Positions 37,186 to 50,250 of a stretch of 64,000 bases of DNA are shown one piece after another (the stretch's first letter is position 1; the number at the start of each line of letters is the position of its first letter). The notes below the pieces were generated by a model. The model made no database searches, had not been told where the DNA came from, and saw nothing but the letters and a program-made list of their open reading frames with translations. Source of the DNA: Octopus sinensis (taxonomy: Eukaryota); contig NC_042999.1 of the NCBI RefSeq assembly GCF_006345805.1, positions 84,320,001 through 84,384,000 of the forward strand, written 5' to 3'. The position numbers and the translations under genes are program-made.

Positions 37186-37470
37186 CTAGGCGCAGACTTA
37201 GTTGTGCGGTAAGAAGCTTGCATCCCAACCACATGGTTCTGGGTTCACTCCCACCATGGGATTGCACTTAGGAAGTTCCCGTCCGAAAAACAAGTCCAGG
37301 AAAAGTTGCTTATTGCAGACCAGCAACCATCCATGCATACTAGCCTCCCCTCTCCCCGCCACTGATATTATTCAAGGGAAGGGCAAAGGCCGATACAGCT
37401 TGCAATAGTGACGTTGTCACTCATTTCTACACCTGACTGAACTGGAACAACGTGAAATAAAGTTTCTTGC
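37186..37470 (+). mobile_element. Chimeric SINE (tRNA head fused to the GGGATTGCAC..GAAGTT family body)
   Basis: AGGCGCAGACTTAGTTGTGCGGTAAGAAGC...GGGTTCACTCCC head joined at CCATGGGATTGCAC to sequence also seen at 40444-40500. Confidence 0.7.
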
Positions 37471-37680
37471 GTGTTCATCTGTAAGTTTGTTCCCACCACC
37501 TCTTAGCAAATCTAATTGGTTTCTTTACGTCTGTGAACTTTACCGATACCAGTCATAAATATAAGCACGTTGTTCGATTTTCTCTACTAAATCCTTCAAC
37601 ATGTAGCTCAAGTACAGCCGCAGTCTAATGAGTGAAACAAGAAAAAGAGGATACGCACTCACACGAAACTTTCTCACTCG

Positions 37681-37716
<36 letters not shown>

Positions 37717-37719
37717 ATA

Positions 37720-37750
<31 letters not shown>

Positions 37751-37765
37751 ATTATATATATATTA

Positions 37766-37831
<66 letters not shown>

Positions 37832-38674
37832 ATATGTATATATGTGTATATATAATATATATATAATGTATGTATATATATATATATATATATAATATAT
37901 GTATGATATATATATATATATATATATATTATATTATATATATATATTATATATATATATATACAAAACGCGCCACCGGAAATTGAACTCACGGACTTAC
38001 GATTGTGAGCCGATTGCACTAAGGCTTCGTAGTAAAATCTAGTCAAATCTCCCTCCACTCAAATTTGGTGTTCGCCAAATAATAAGGCCGATATTCTAAC
38101 TGTTACGATGCCTTTGATCATTGGTCTACTCGATCATAACTCGTCTATTACTTTATTAAAAAGATTTAATACATATGTGCCCTATACAGGTGATTAAGTG
38201 ATGATGTATAAATGTCATTTGGAATATAATCTTGATTATAATTAACTATAGCTCGTATAAATGGCAAGTAGATTTCTGCTATTGGTATATATTCGATTTT
38301 CATTTTCAATTGCAGTTTGAAGAATATTACAAATCTTTTTAATATGGAATCAGTGGAACTACTGACGATGGAATACAAATCTAAAATCGTGATTTATTTG
38401 GGGATGTAATCAGCAATTTTAATACAAAACCTACTGCTATTGTGTGTCTCAATAGTTTTTATCGAGTGAAAATAAAGTGTTTTCAATTGTCTATAGAATT
38501 CTTTGTTTTGTACATTGCATTCATTATCGATTTATACCTTTCGAGAGAAAATAAATATTTACATTAGAAACATTTAAAATTAACTTAATGGGTTTAAAAA
38601 AATAATAGTATCAGTTTTCTTCTCATAATACTAAGCTCCTCAATACATATCAGTCTTCATACACAAAAATTTAA

Positions 38675-38706
<32 letters not shown>

Positions 38707-38719
38707 ATACATCACACCG

Positions 38720-39220
38720 CCCTTGCCAGAGCACGTTCCGTAGACCGTGCATCTGCTCTCTCCGCCCGAACCCGCCCTGGAGTCTCCCGCCTCCCTTTTC
38801 CCCTCACCACCCACCACCCTACTTTCCAACCTGGCTCGTTCCCCCTGCCCCCGCCCACGCTGACGCACTTGCCCTTACCTCTCCAACACTACCCTCCTCA
38901 CCGGCACCCATCATCGACCCTATCGCATCATCGACTCCTTCAACTGTACCTCCAGCAATATCATCTATTGCTTCTCCTGCTCTCTCTACCATTCCCTGTA
39001 CATCGGAAAAACGGGTCGCCGCTTGGCTGACCGGTTCGCCAATGACACTCCAGTCTCACGCCATTTCCGCTCCACCGGTCACTACTTGCAACACATGTCT
39101 GTGTTCGGATTGTCCTTGCACAGAGGCCATCCGGATTCTCGCTTGCGCCGTGAACAGGGATTAATCTTCTCTCTTCGCTCTTTTACGCCATTTGGGCTCA
39201 ACTCCCCCCTTTTAATCTAA
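38720..39220 (+). mobile_element. Penelope-like element GIY-YIG fragment (C-rich family)
   Basis: Frame reads PGSFPCPRPR*RTCPYL...FNCTSSNIIYCFSC...LYIGKTGRRLADRF...RLRREQGLIFSL...PFGLN. Confidence 0.88.
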
Positions 39221-39979
39221 CCTCCTCCCCGACTCCTAGTTTTCTTCACTCCTACATCTTTTCACCCTTACTCTCTTTCCCTCTTCTTCCTTCTTCTTCT
39301 CTCTTCTTCCCTCTTCCCCTTCTTTCTTTCTCTCTGCTCCCTCACTCCCCTTCTCTCCCCTCTCCCACTCCTTCCTCCTACTCTCCCTCCCCTCCTCCTT
39401 CCCCCTCTCTCCCCTCCTCTCATCTCTCCCCTCGTCCTCCTCCCCCTCCCATCTCTTCTCTCCTCTCTCTCTCCCCATCCCCCGTCCCCCTCTCTTCTCT
39501 CCTCTCCTCCTATCTCTCCTCATATAAACATCTCCCCCTCCCCCATAAACCCAACCCACCCCTACTCCACCTTCCCTATCCCACACCTCTCCCTACATAA
39601 CTCACCCATATCCCATACCACCCCCACATACCTCACCTCTAACCCCACCCTCTACCTACCCACAACCCCCACTCTACCCCAACCCCCAGCCGAATCCACA
39701 CCCCACCTGTGCTTTCCCCACTCTCGCCTCCCCCACATCCCCAGATCACACCACACTACATTACACCATACAACATTACACATCACATCACAACACATCA
39801 CCCACAGCACACCACCAATACACCCATCCCCACATCATTACACCTGCACATATATACACATATCACATCACAACACACTACCCACACACCCATCCCCACA
39901 TCTCCACACCCACACATACATACACACACACGTCCAGACCACGAGCCTTCTTTCACACGCACATACATACTCTCTTATA

Positions 39980-40275
39980 CACACACGCACCTTTGTGTTG
40001 GGGTCACCTTCGTATTGGAAGTCAGTTGACCGTGTTATTTCCCCTACTGTCCCTCTCGCGTCTGACCACTGTCCGAAGCCAGGACGCCATGATAGATCGT
40101 TAGCTCCTACACGCATTTTTTTCTCTCCTTGTTTCTCTCCTTGTTTTTTCTGTGTATCTTTCTGTCGAAGAGCGTAGGCTTGAAACGTAAAAGACTTTTT
40201 TCTATTCCTGAGCGCTATACTAATACATTTGAACTCCATCTGCCTTCGTCTTTTGTTTATTTTCATAAACTTTCC

Positions 40276-40280
<5 letters not shown>
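39980..40280 (+). mobile_element. PLE pseudo-LTR with hammerhead-like motif (40157-40195)
   Basis: Follows the CT-rich tail of the 38.7-kb PLE. Motif is TCTTT-CTGTCGA-A-GAGC(GTAG)GCTT-GAAAC-GTA-AAAGA. Confidence 0.65.
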
Positions 40281-40334
<54 letters not shown>

Positions 40335-40677
40335 ATATATGGATATATGTACAGGTATTTACATATTTAGAGAGACAGACAGATAGAGAGATAGATAGAT
40401 ATACATACATATATATATTGTGACCCCCTTTGGTCATCAATGACCATGGGATTGCACCTAGAAAGTTACCCTCCGAGACACAAGTCTGGGCGAGGTTGTT
40501 TATACATGTGTATATATATTTCTATGTGTGTATATATATATATATATATATGTTTCTATGTATATATATATATATGTATATATATATATACATGCATATA
40601 TGTGCATGTATAAATATATACATGTGTGTGCGAGTATGTGTTTGTACGTGTAAGTACGTGTAAGTTTACAATATATA

Positions 40678-40980
40678 ACTGGCACTCTGGAGGTTTGAAG
40701 ACGAGTGTTTCAGTTCAGCCGATCAACGGAAAAGCCTGATTTCGCAGTTAATGTGCCAGTGGATGAGCACTCTAGAAACACGGGAAATTCAGTGTGAAAC
40801 TGACTGTACTCTGGGAAATTCGATGTGAAACGGACGGTCACGAGGCTGGTCCTTTGAAATACAGGTGCAACTCACTTTTGTCGTGTGGACTGGAGTAAAG
40901 AGTAACACGCATCGCCGGGTATCGAACTCACGATCTTACGATCGTGCGCCGAATGACCTAACCACTGTATCACGCGTCTT
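40678..40980 (-). mobile_element. tRNA-derived SINE (second family)
   Basis: Minus head AAGACGCGTGATACAGTGGTTAGGTCATTCGG...GTGAGTTCGATACCCGGCG with A and B boxes. Confidence 0.75.
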
Positions 40981-41229
40981 CACTATGTACGTAACATGCG
41001 ATTTTTTCCACAACCTGCTTTCTAGAGGTAACAGGAGAAAGCATTGCAGCACTTAAAATAACCAAGTAAATAATTCATTTAAAACGCAGTAATAAATATA
41101 CATTTTTATATATTATTATGTATATATATTAGTTAGGACAAGTATTATCTGATATCGAAATTATTATGTTGACTAGAGTGGACATATTTATATATACTTA
41201 TGTGTGTGGTGTGTGTGTGTGTGTGTGTG

Positions 41230-42830
41230 TGGACGCAAACTCAACTGCTGCTCCTGGTGGTTCCCTAGCAATCCTCCTCAAATCGTGTAAGCGTGCTCTG
41301 GCGAAACCAATGCGGATTCTCTTCCAGAGCTTTCTTGCAAATTGGCAAGCTGCCAAGCAAACTGAAGGAGGGAATATGCCCAAACCATAAAAGAGGAAGC
41401 AGAGCAGATGCCAAAAATTAAAGGCCTATCTTTCTAACTTCACACATCAGCAAAGTCATGATAGTCAGAGGGGAACTAGTCGCATTCCTTGAAGAAAACG
41501 ACTTGCTGTGTGATACCCAGCATGGCTTTCGACCATGTCGGAGCTGCCTGACACAGCTCTTACAGTACTATGATTGTGTGTTGAGGCAGCTACTCGACAA
41601 CTCAAATATGAACTTAATATACCTTGACTTTGCAAAAAGTTTTGATATAGTGGATCATGGTATGATTTTCCACAAACTGCGTGATCTTGGTTTAGCTGGA
41701 AAATTTGGAGAGTGGGCACATGCCTTTCTGAAAGAAAGGCAGTAGTGGCCAATGGACCTACCTCAAAGAAAACTCAAATATTGAGTGGTGTTCCACAGGG
41801 TTTTTCATAGTGGCCTTCTCAGATATGCGCGCAGCTGCTCGGATAGCCAATTTGCTAGCTACGCAAACGATACGAAAGTCTCGCCGAAAATACAGAACCC
41901 CAGCGCTGTTGCACACCTGCAGCAAGAGGTGGACTCAATTTACAGATGGGCTGAGGACAATAATATGCAGTTTAAGGCTGAAAACTTCCAAGCCATGCGC
42001 TACGAGCGTCCAAACCTGAATATAAAACTTTCAGGGTACAGTGGCCCTTAGGGGATTACAATCCCAGAAGCTAAATCAGTGCGGGACCTGGATATCGATA
42101 TGAATGATAATACCTCTTTCCGAATGCACATTACCAGGACAGCGACAAAGTGCAGACGACTGGCTGGCTGGATCCTGAGAACGTTCAGAACCAGAGAGAA
42201 GGAACCCATGATCGTCCTCTGAAGGACATTCGTCCTTAGCCGCCTAGATTATTGTTCCCAGCTATGATCACCCCACAGTGAAAAATTAAACAGCGGACCT
42301 TGAAGCAATCCAGCGAAGCTTCACAAAGAAGATCGTTTCATTGCAACATCTCAGGTACTGAGATTGGCTAAAACAGCTAAAACTTTACTCCTTGGAGCAA
42401 AGGTGAGAGAGATAACCAGTAATACACATCTGAAAGATCCTGGAAGGTTTATGCCAAATTTTGGCTTTGAAAGCTACACGAATGCTAGAATGGATCGCCA
42501 CTGCACAGTGCCGAAGATCTCAACAATGCCATCGCGCTTGGGGACCATTTATTGCAACAGCCTTGGTTCCAGGGACGCACAATTTGTTTTAATATTTTCC
42601 CAAAGATCCTGAGGGACCTATACAAAATGGATGTAGGTCTTTTCAAATCAAAACTGGATCTCTTCCTACTGAAAGTCCAGATGAATCTGGCAGGAGGTGC
42701 AAATGAGGGTAAAGACATCAAACTCCCTTATTCACCAAATGCCACATATGAGAGGAGACACTCAATAATAACAGTGTAGCAAAACGGCGGTGCCTCAGCA
42801 TGCCCACAACTTTGAGCTGAAACTGATTAA
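41230..42830 (+). mobile_element. CR1/L2-like LINE, decayed RT to 3' end
   Basis: QHGFRPCRSCLTQLL...IYLDFAKSFDIVDHG at 41458-41745, SGVPQG, FASYANDTKV and RLDYCSQ. It is homologous to 1610-3110. Confidence 0.92.
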
Positions 42831-42834
42831 AAAT

Positions 42835-42906
<72 letters not shown>

Positions 42907-42907
<1 letters not shown>

Positions 42908-43386
42908 TAAATATATGGCACAGCGAAGTACCGATATTTACTGGAAATAGCGAACGTAATAATACGACGCTAATGTATAGCTTCACCGCGTATGTACTAG
43001 CAAAAATGCGTGTGTGCAACAAACTAGAAAAAACTTCTTCACCGTTCTCGTGCTGTTAGCGTTTCGGCGTTTCAGTCGAGTATAATGGCATTAATGTGGT
43101 AACATCTGAAAGGTTGTCGTGGTATATGTTTGGCTGATGAAGATAGATCAAGTTTATGGGTGGCAGACATATCTTGAAAAATCTGAAAACTGCGCAGGTC
43201 CCACATTATCCTTTTCCAGGTATTTCATCTTTCAGATGTTCTCCCTGGAGGTAAGACAATTTTTTCTAGTTTGTTGCACACACGCATTTTTGCTAGTACA
43301 TACGCGGTGAAGCTATACATTAGCGTCGTATTATTACGTTCGCTATTTCCAGTAAATATCGGTACTTCGTTGTGCCATATATTTAC
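42907..43386. repeat. Near-perfect 127-bp inverted repeat (42907-43033 / 43260-43386) enclosing a hammerhead module (copy 2)
   Basis: The arms differ at one position (GCACAGCGAAG versus GCACAACGAAG). The spacer holds a hammerhead-like fold and the AG-31nt-GTAAGAC unit. Confidence 0.93.
43126..43206 (+). ncRNA. Type I hammerhead ribozyme-like motif with complete core
   Basis: ATG-TT-TGG CTGATGA AGAT(36-nt loop)ATCT GAAA A CTG CG CAG GTC CCA CAT. The CTGATGA, GAAA and GTC elements are canonical. Stem III has an A.G mismatch at position 15.2. Confidence 0.7.
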
Positions 43387-46230
43387 TTCTTTGTATATTT
43401 TTCCCTCAAGGGCTATTCTTTACTGGAAAGCAATACTCTAGTATTGCATTACTAATTTATATATATATATATTTACATATATATGTGCGTGTGCGCGCGT
43501 TGGCGTGTGTGTATATGTGTGTGTGTTTGTGAAGTATAGGCAGCAGCAATAAGAGAAGCTCATTTGTAAAGTATTGTGTTTTAAATTAGTCGTTTATTTC
43601 CTGTGCTGCAATACTTTTGTCACATACCCTTAGAAAGCAGGTTGTGGTGAAAATCGTATTTTATAAATATGCAAACAAAGATTTCTAAATAATTTACTCG
43701 AAATTCCGAAACCCTGCTGATCCTTCATTCTTAAGTGACTATACCTCAGCTATAGCAGAAAATATTGAAAATATCGGTACAGAAAGACGGTGATATTGTT
43801 GTTCCCAATTATGTAATTAAAATGTTTGATAATAGTGTTTGAAGTATGGTAAAATGTACTTTGAGATTTCTTTAAAAGAGTACATATACAAGAGCATTTT
43901 AGTGTTTAAATTGTATAGATATACACGACTGGATAGATAAATCCATCAAATCTTTGCTCTTGTTCTCTACCATGTATTCTTTTAAATAAAATGCAATTCA
44001 ATGTTGATGAGAATATTACAAATCGAATTAATATTCTACTTGAAGCATGCACAACCTATTATAAAATCTACAAGCACTACAAGAAAATCTCTATTTCTCT
44101 GCCTATTTTACTGTAAAATGATCCACACCTCTCGAAAACTGGTTCTATTACAATTTAGGAATATAATTGTACCCCAAAACTAACAAAAATGCTTAGAGTA
44201 AAGCTCTCTGAAAATCATAATTGCGCCAGACCAATTTTGACTCCCTTAGAGAATATTCTGGCATGCATTGTGAGGAATATCCTGATATACTACATCACAG
44301 TTTATTAACCGCAAGTTCCACAATAGGTCGACTACTGTACAAATCAGTCAGAAATGACGCCAGTACCACAGTTGTTACTATGGTGCTGGTTTGCGTGTTT
44401 ACATTTTTGATGGTTTGTCAACAACTATACAATATCTATTTTATTCACAACAGCGCATATATTTGAAGAACTTATACATAAGAAACTATTTCTTATAATC
44501 GTCGTTTTGAAATAATTTAACGTTAAACACCATGTAGTATGCAAAAATATCCATTCATGTTATCACATTTGCTTGATTGTTTTAGTTACGACAATATCCG
44601 CTCCGAAACATCAGAGAAAGTGTGTTTCATAATTGTGTATTAAGTTACTTTGATTAAAGTAGAGACAGAGTGACGAATTGATAGGGGGTAGGTTTAGAGA
44701 GAAAGAACTGACAGGGGAGCTAATAAGGATACATGGGTAGAGAGATGGAAGAGACGATATCAAGAATAGTTTAAGGAAGATGTTGGAATTTAATTGGACG
44801 GAGAAAGGGGCATAAGAATGCTCTGGTATGGTTGTTTTCTTTGTTGTATGTCCAAGTATTGTTTTTACATGTATAGGAATAGCAGATACCAAAATAAACT
44901 TACACCTATGGTGGATTCCGATCTGATAATACTTGTCCACGTGTTGCAAAAGACGCAATATTGAACACAGAAGACCTACCGCAAATAATATTTAAAAGAA
45001 AACAATCAAAATCACTCACCTCCAACCACCCATGACTATTCGATCCCATCGCTCTAGCAACATAGTTTGCAGTAGAACTAGTCTTAGTTGTGTGGGCCAA
45101 CTAAAAGTGAATTGTTTGTTGTCACAATGATAGGTTTATCATAGTCTATGTATACATATCTAATATTACGACAAATGTTCCTACTACAGAAAAGCTCGGT
45201 AAAGAGGCTCTCTATGTTTATCACGAAATTGTTGGCAACTTACAAAATTTCTTCGAACTGATCGGATGAGCTCTAACATGCTGTCTCTTTTCCACACATT
45301 CTCCCTCTCTCCCTCTCTACACATCTCTCTCTCTCAACCCCCTCCCTCTCTTTCTCTCTGCTTCGCTATTCCTGTCTGGGGGCATACGTTTTTGAGACTA
45401 GTTTTTTACTGATTCTATGAGATGGTAATGTTTATTTAGAAGACTCTAAGTCGGAGATAATTATTGTTTACTAGTCTTTGCAGTACTATTGATCTACGTT
45501 AAACTAAACTCCATCTCTTTCTTCCTCTTTTTTCTCCCCTTCCCCTTCTCTTTCTCTCTAATTACTGGCAAGGAATGGATCTACTTTGTGTTTGCAGCAA
45601 TGACTGCATTATTCTGCTTTACTCCATTATCTTTCTTAATTTTAACGAATTAACTGTTATATAATCAACGTTGAGTTTTTAATATATTTCTTCGTTTGTC
45701 ATACCAACAAACACATTGCTCTTATCTCTTAAACATATTACGATGTTGTTTTTCAGATCCGTCCTAAAAAGCTTGTTTGCGATTCTTATCCACTAATAAT
45801 TCTGTTGTGTTTACATACGTGAGCGTAAATAAATTTCATCGTCAGAAGACAAAAGTTACATAACGTATTACAAAAGTAACAGTAAAACTGGGTATGGCGT
45901 TACGATATAATTTGTTAAAAGACATAAAACACATTTTTGAATACTAGGAAGAGTTTTATTTGAAACCCTTTATGGACGGGAAACCTAAGGTAATCCCATA
46001 AACCGGCCTTCCCTATTTTTAATATATACTGTTCCTACGTCTTAGAGTATGCTTCTTCTTTCGGGCTTATGTCTTTACAAACGATATATATATATAATGT
46101 TAAATTAATAATTATATACATATGTATATAATTATTAATTTAATGTGTAAACTACCTATAAATTTTTACAAAGTGCTGACAACCTGATAAAAATTGTTAA
46201 CGTGATTTTATCCTTATATTCTATATATAT

Positions 46231-46272
<42 letters not shown>

Positions 46273-46339
46273 ATATTATATATATATATATATAATATAT
46301 ATATATATGTAATGAGAGAGAGAGAGAGAAAGAAAGAAA

Positions 46340-46372
<33 letters not shown>

Positions 46373-46793
46373 AGAAGAAAGAAAGAAAGAAAGAAGAAAG
46401 AAGAAAGAAGAAAGGAAGAAAGAAAGAAAGAACGAAAGAAAGAAAGTAAGTAAGAAAGAAGAAAGGAAGAAAGGCAGAAATAACGAAAACTAAGCACAGT
46501 GTAGAAAAGTCTCTAGCTAGCCTTAAAGTTTTAGGTTGATCTGAAGAGAACAAGGGAACGTGAAGTAGTGAACGTCGGTGGAGAGATTTCAAGATATAAA
46601 AGAAGACGGATAAAGAAAATAAAGTAGCAACAGAGCGTTAGTAAAAGAGAGGGTGGAAGGCGAGCGAAAAAGATTTAAAGTCTGTAAAAGATGACGATAA
46701 TTTAAAAGCTACGTAAAGTGAGTATGAATGTATATATATGTATATGTATATATACACACACACATATATATATATATATACATACATATATAT

Positions 46794-46830
<37 letters not shown>

Positions 46831-47087
46831 GTGTATATGTATGTATGTATGTATGTGTGTGTGTAGAACTCACTCGAGTGTTACACACACACATACATCT
46901 TAAAGTTTTATTATATGAATGTTGCATAATGAACAAAACATCAATATTATGATTCATATCAACAAACAGGATAATAATTTCCTCACCAATACGCCGTTGA
47001 AACAATTGTAAACTATGGAATAAATGTAATATCAACAACACTTTCCTTCAATTAAGTGTGTGTGTTATATATGTGTGTCTGTCTCTA

Positions 47088-47128
<41 letters not shown>

Positions 47129-48092
47129 TAGATGTAGATATATGACTAGGTATGGAAACATGGAAAACCACTTGCTAAAAAAGCTATACGATCTAGAATT
47201 AATACAGTTTTTGCAGTTGACTCCATCTCACTACTCCTGTGGTATCACTTATGTTTGCAAACAGACTGGTGGCAGATACTATAACGTAAAGTTAGAAGAC
47301 ATAAATTTCAGAGAACAAAATATAAATACGACGAAAAATTACGGAGAGATAGAAAGAAATACAATCCGAAGAATGAAAATATATCCTGGCCTGTGTTGAG
47401 AAAATGATCGAACGAAAATAATACTAGCACAAATAAAAGACTGAAAGTGACTTCGTCGGAATACAACGTGTCAAATGGAGAGCTGTTTAAGAACTTACAA
47501 ACAAGATTACGCTTGCGGTCAGATAGAATAAAAAAATTGGAAGGTATTAGGCCAGCAACACCAATAACAATGTACTGAATTAAAGTAGGCGGTACGTGAA
47601 AGTGTAAAGGGCGTAGAGGAGGAAAGATTAATAGACATGGAAGAACGATCATATCAAACGAAGAACCCATTACGAGAAGACAAATAAAGAGAGAAGAAAT
47701 ATATATGTGTATATATATATATATATATATAATGTATGTGTATATCTATAGATAATAATATATTATTAAAAAATGCATGTATATATATATGCATATATAT
47801 ATATATATATTTTTTTTTTTATAATATATTATTATTAATAATATAAGAATATTAATATCCAAACTCGTCATAAAGATATACCCGTGTGAAAGAACTTATT
47901 GTATTAAAAATATATATAAATAAACAAATATAAAAATATAAATATAATGTATAAAATAAATTTGATAGTTTAAAAGTTTTGAATTAATTATTTAAGCGTC
48001 TTACGATCGTTTCGCGGAAGAGTTGTCCCTATAATGAAATCCTATATTGATAAGCAGTGGAATTCGTAGTAGGAAACTGAAAGAAGCCTGTC

Positions 48093-48147
<55 letters not shown>

Positions 48148-48184
48148 TGTTTGTTTGTGTGTGTGCAAGTGTGTGTCTGTGTAT

Positions 48185-48380
48185 GTCCTTCCACCATCAC
48201 TTGACAACCGGTGTTGGTGCGTTTGCATCCCCGTAACTTAACGGTTCGGCAAAAGGGACCGATAGAATAAGTACTAGACTTACAAAGAATAACTCCTGGG
48301 GTCGAATTGTTCCTGTAAGGGTGGTGCTACAGCGTGGCTGCATTCAAATGACCGAAACAAGTAAAATAATAGAAGAAAAG
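48185..48380 (+). mobile_element. SINE 3' half
   Basis: TAACGGTTCGGCAAAAG...GAATAAGTACTAG...GGGGTCGA...GGTGGTGCTACAGCGTGGCTGCATTCAAATGACCGAAACAAGTAAAA. Confidence 0.8.
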
Positions 48381-49949
48381 TAAAAGAATATATATATATA
48401 TATACATGTATGTTTTCATATTTATAAATATATATATTTACTCACGTTTGGCACTCTGTTCGAAGTTTCAGCACGCGCACACACATTACCACGATCACAT
48501 ACACACACACAATTATATATGCAACACAAGTGCAATCACAAACGTAATGAAATTTCCCCAAATCATTTTAACTCAGTGTATTAAAAAGAAGTAAAGAAGA
48601 GCGATAAATTTGCAGATCTCCTATGATCGCCCACATATTTTCAGTATCTGTATCGCTTACTTTTTAGAAAGACACTTTTCTACTAGTAATCTACATGGTT
48701 ATATATTCAGGGGATACAAGACATGAGACCTCCATTTTGATGCTTGCAGTCCTATTTCAAAAGTGTTCAGTGAGACGTAATTACCACCACTAATAACAAT
48801 TATAAAAAGCAAAATGAGATTTGATAGTAAACTTAAACAAACGCCCATTTTGTGCCCAATCACAGTTGAACATGACATTTGACTTAACTGTATTTATAAA
48901 CAGTCCAAAACTGTGACATAATGCTTTACCACAAGGGAGAGAAGTTTGTTTCAGACACCACAATTTACCGACGCAGACCAACCATTTTAAATTGTGTTTG
49001 CTTTAGAGTTTTGGTTAATGTATATTTTATCACGCACGATACAAATTATGTTGGGAAATAAATGAATATCAGGTCCCATACTGTCGTATTGATAGAGAGT
49101 AAATAAACACTTCAGGTTTTGTCTGTCTCATGTTCACGTGTCAAAAGTTGGTAAAATTTTATAATTTTATCATTATTTCCTCCGCTTCAATTCGGTCAGT
49201 GAGTTTTCTGTTCAATTTTCTTGTGTCAGCTATATAAAACGAATATTACTCTTTATATTTTGCTTATGCATATTTATATTATCCTTAAGTTAAATTTGCT
49301 TTTACTATTTATCTAAAAGTTCGATAGCTATTAGCTGTAGTGATTTCTAATCCTGATTAATATTATAAGATAATACTTTCTTTTCTGTTACATACCTCCT
49401 TTTTCTCCTTTTGCAAAAGAAAGAAATAATTTTAATATCACAGTTATGCTTGCTTTTATATGTTGCAGCAACAATATATAATCAATACAGAAATCTAGCG
49501 TTTCATAGATCTAACGTTAACTTCTTATAATAAACCTAAAAGATATCGCATCGTTTTATCATGACACTTACATTTATATGGCCTTTTTACTTTTCGATTT
49601 CTACAAAAGAATTGTGCAATACGAGTGAATGAGGTCAGCTAATATAATGGGGGCCATGCATTGGAAGCAGCTTTACCAGAAGACGTAACTAAAGGACAGT
49701 ACTTAATATCAAGAGGTTAATCTAGATTGAGACAAAACTAGAAATCTATGAGGATTAAGTGGAGTCAAGCGAAACTGCGAAAAGATGAAATATAATGGCA
49801 GTAGACTTTTCGGCAGCTGGTTTTGAGATGTAATATTGAAAAACGCCAAGTTCAATAATGCTTTAAAATTAGTGTCATTGATCTTTACTTTATAGAAAAA
49901 CTAACCTACAGCATTCCAGCATCATCATAATCGCTATAATCATTTGTGG

Positions 49950-50250
49950 ACTACTTTTTATATATATGAGATAATTATCATTCCGACTTGTCTGAAATAC
50001 TGAGTAGGCAAGTCATTGATTTATGTCAGATACAACAGAAACAGCGAAGAAGTACGGTCTTCTATATATGACAGATGATGTTGAAATAAGAAATGTGTCT
50101 TATGCTGATGACTAGAGGTTGAAATCAGTAGACAATTATTAGATGACATGAGTTTACTGTTCTACACGCCATTTTTATAACTATTTGACTAGGATACGTT
50201 AAAAGAGTTCGCATAGCTACAAATTCGACCAGATTTTCGCTGCTTTTAGA
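49950..50250 (+). mobile_element. Very old LINE RT remnant
   Basis: Frame DDVEIRNVSYADD*RL with YADD at 50101-50112. The rest is badly decayed. Confidence 0.45.

Noticed and set aside
46480-47700. Pyrimidine-rich minus-strand segments resembling PLE pseudo-LTRs
   Set aside because: No hammerhead core with paired stems and no ORF could be assigned, so the call rests on composition only.
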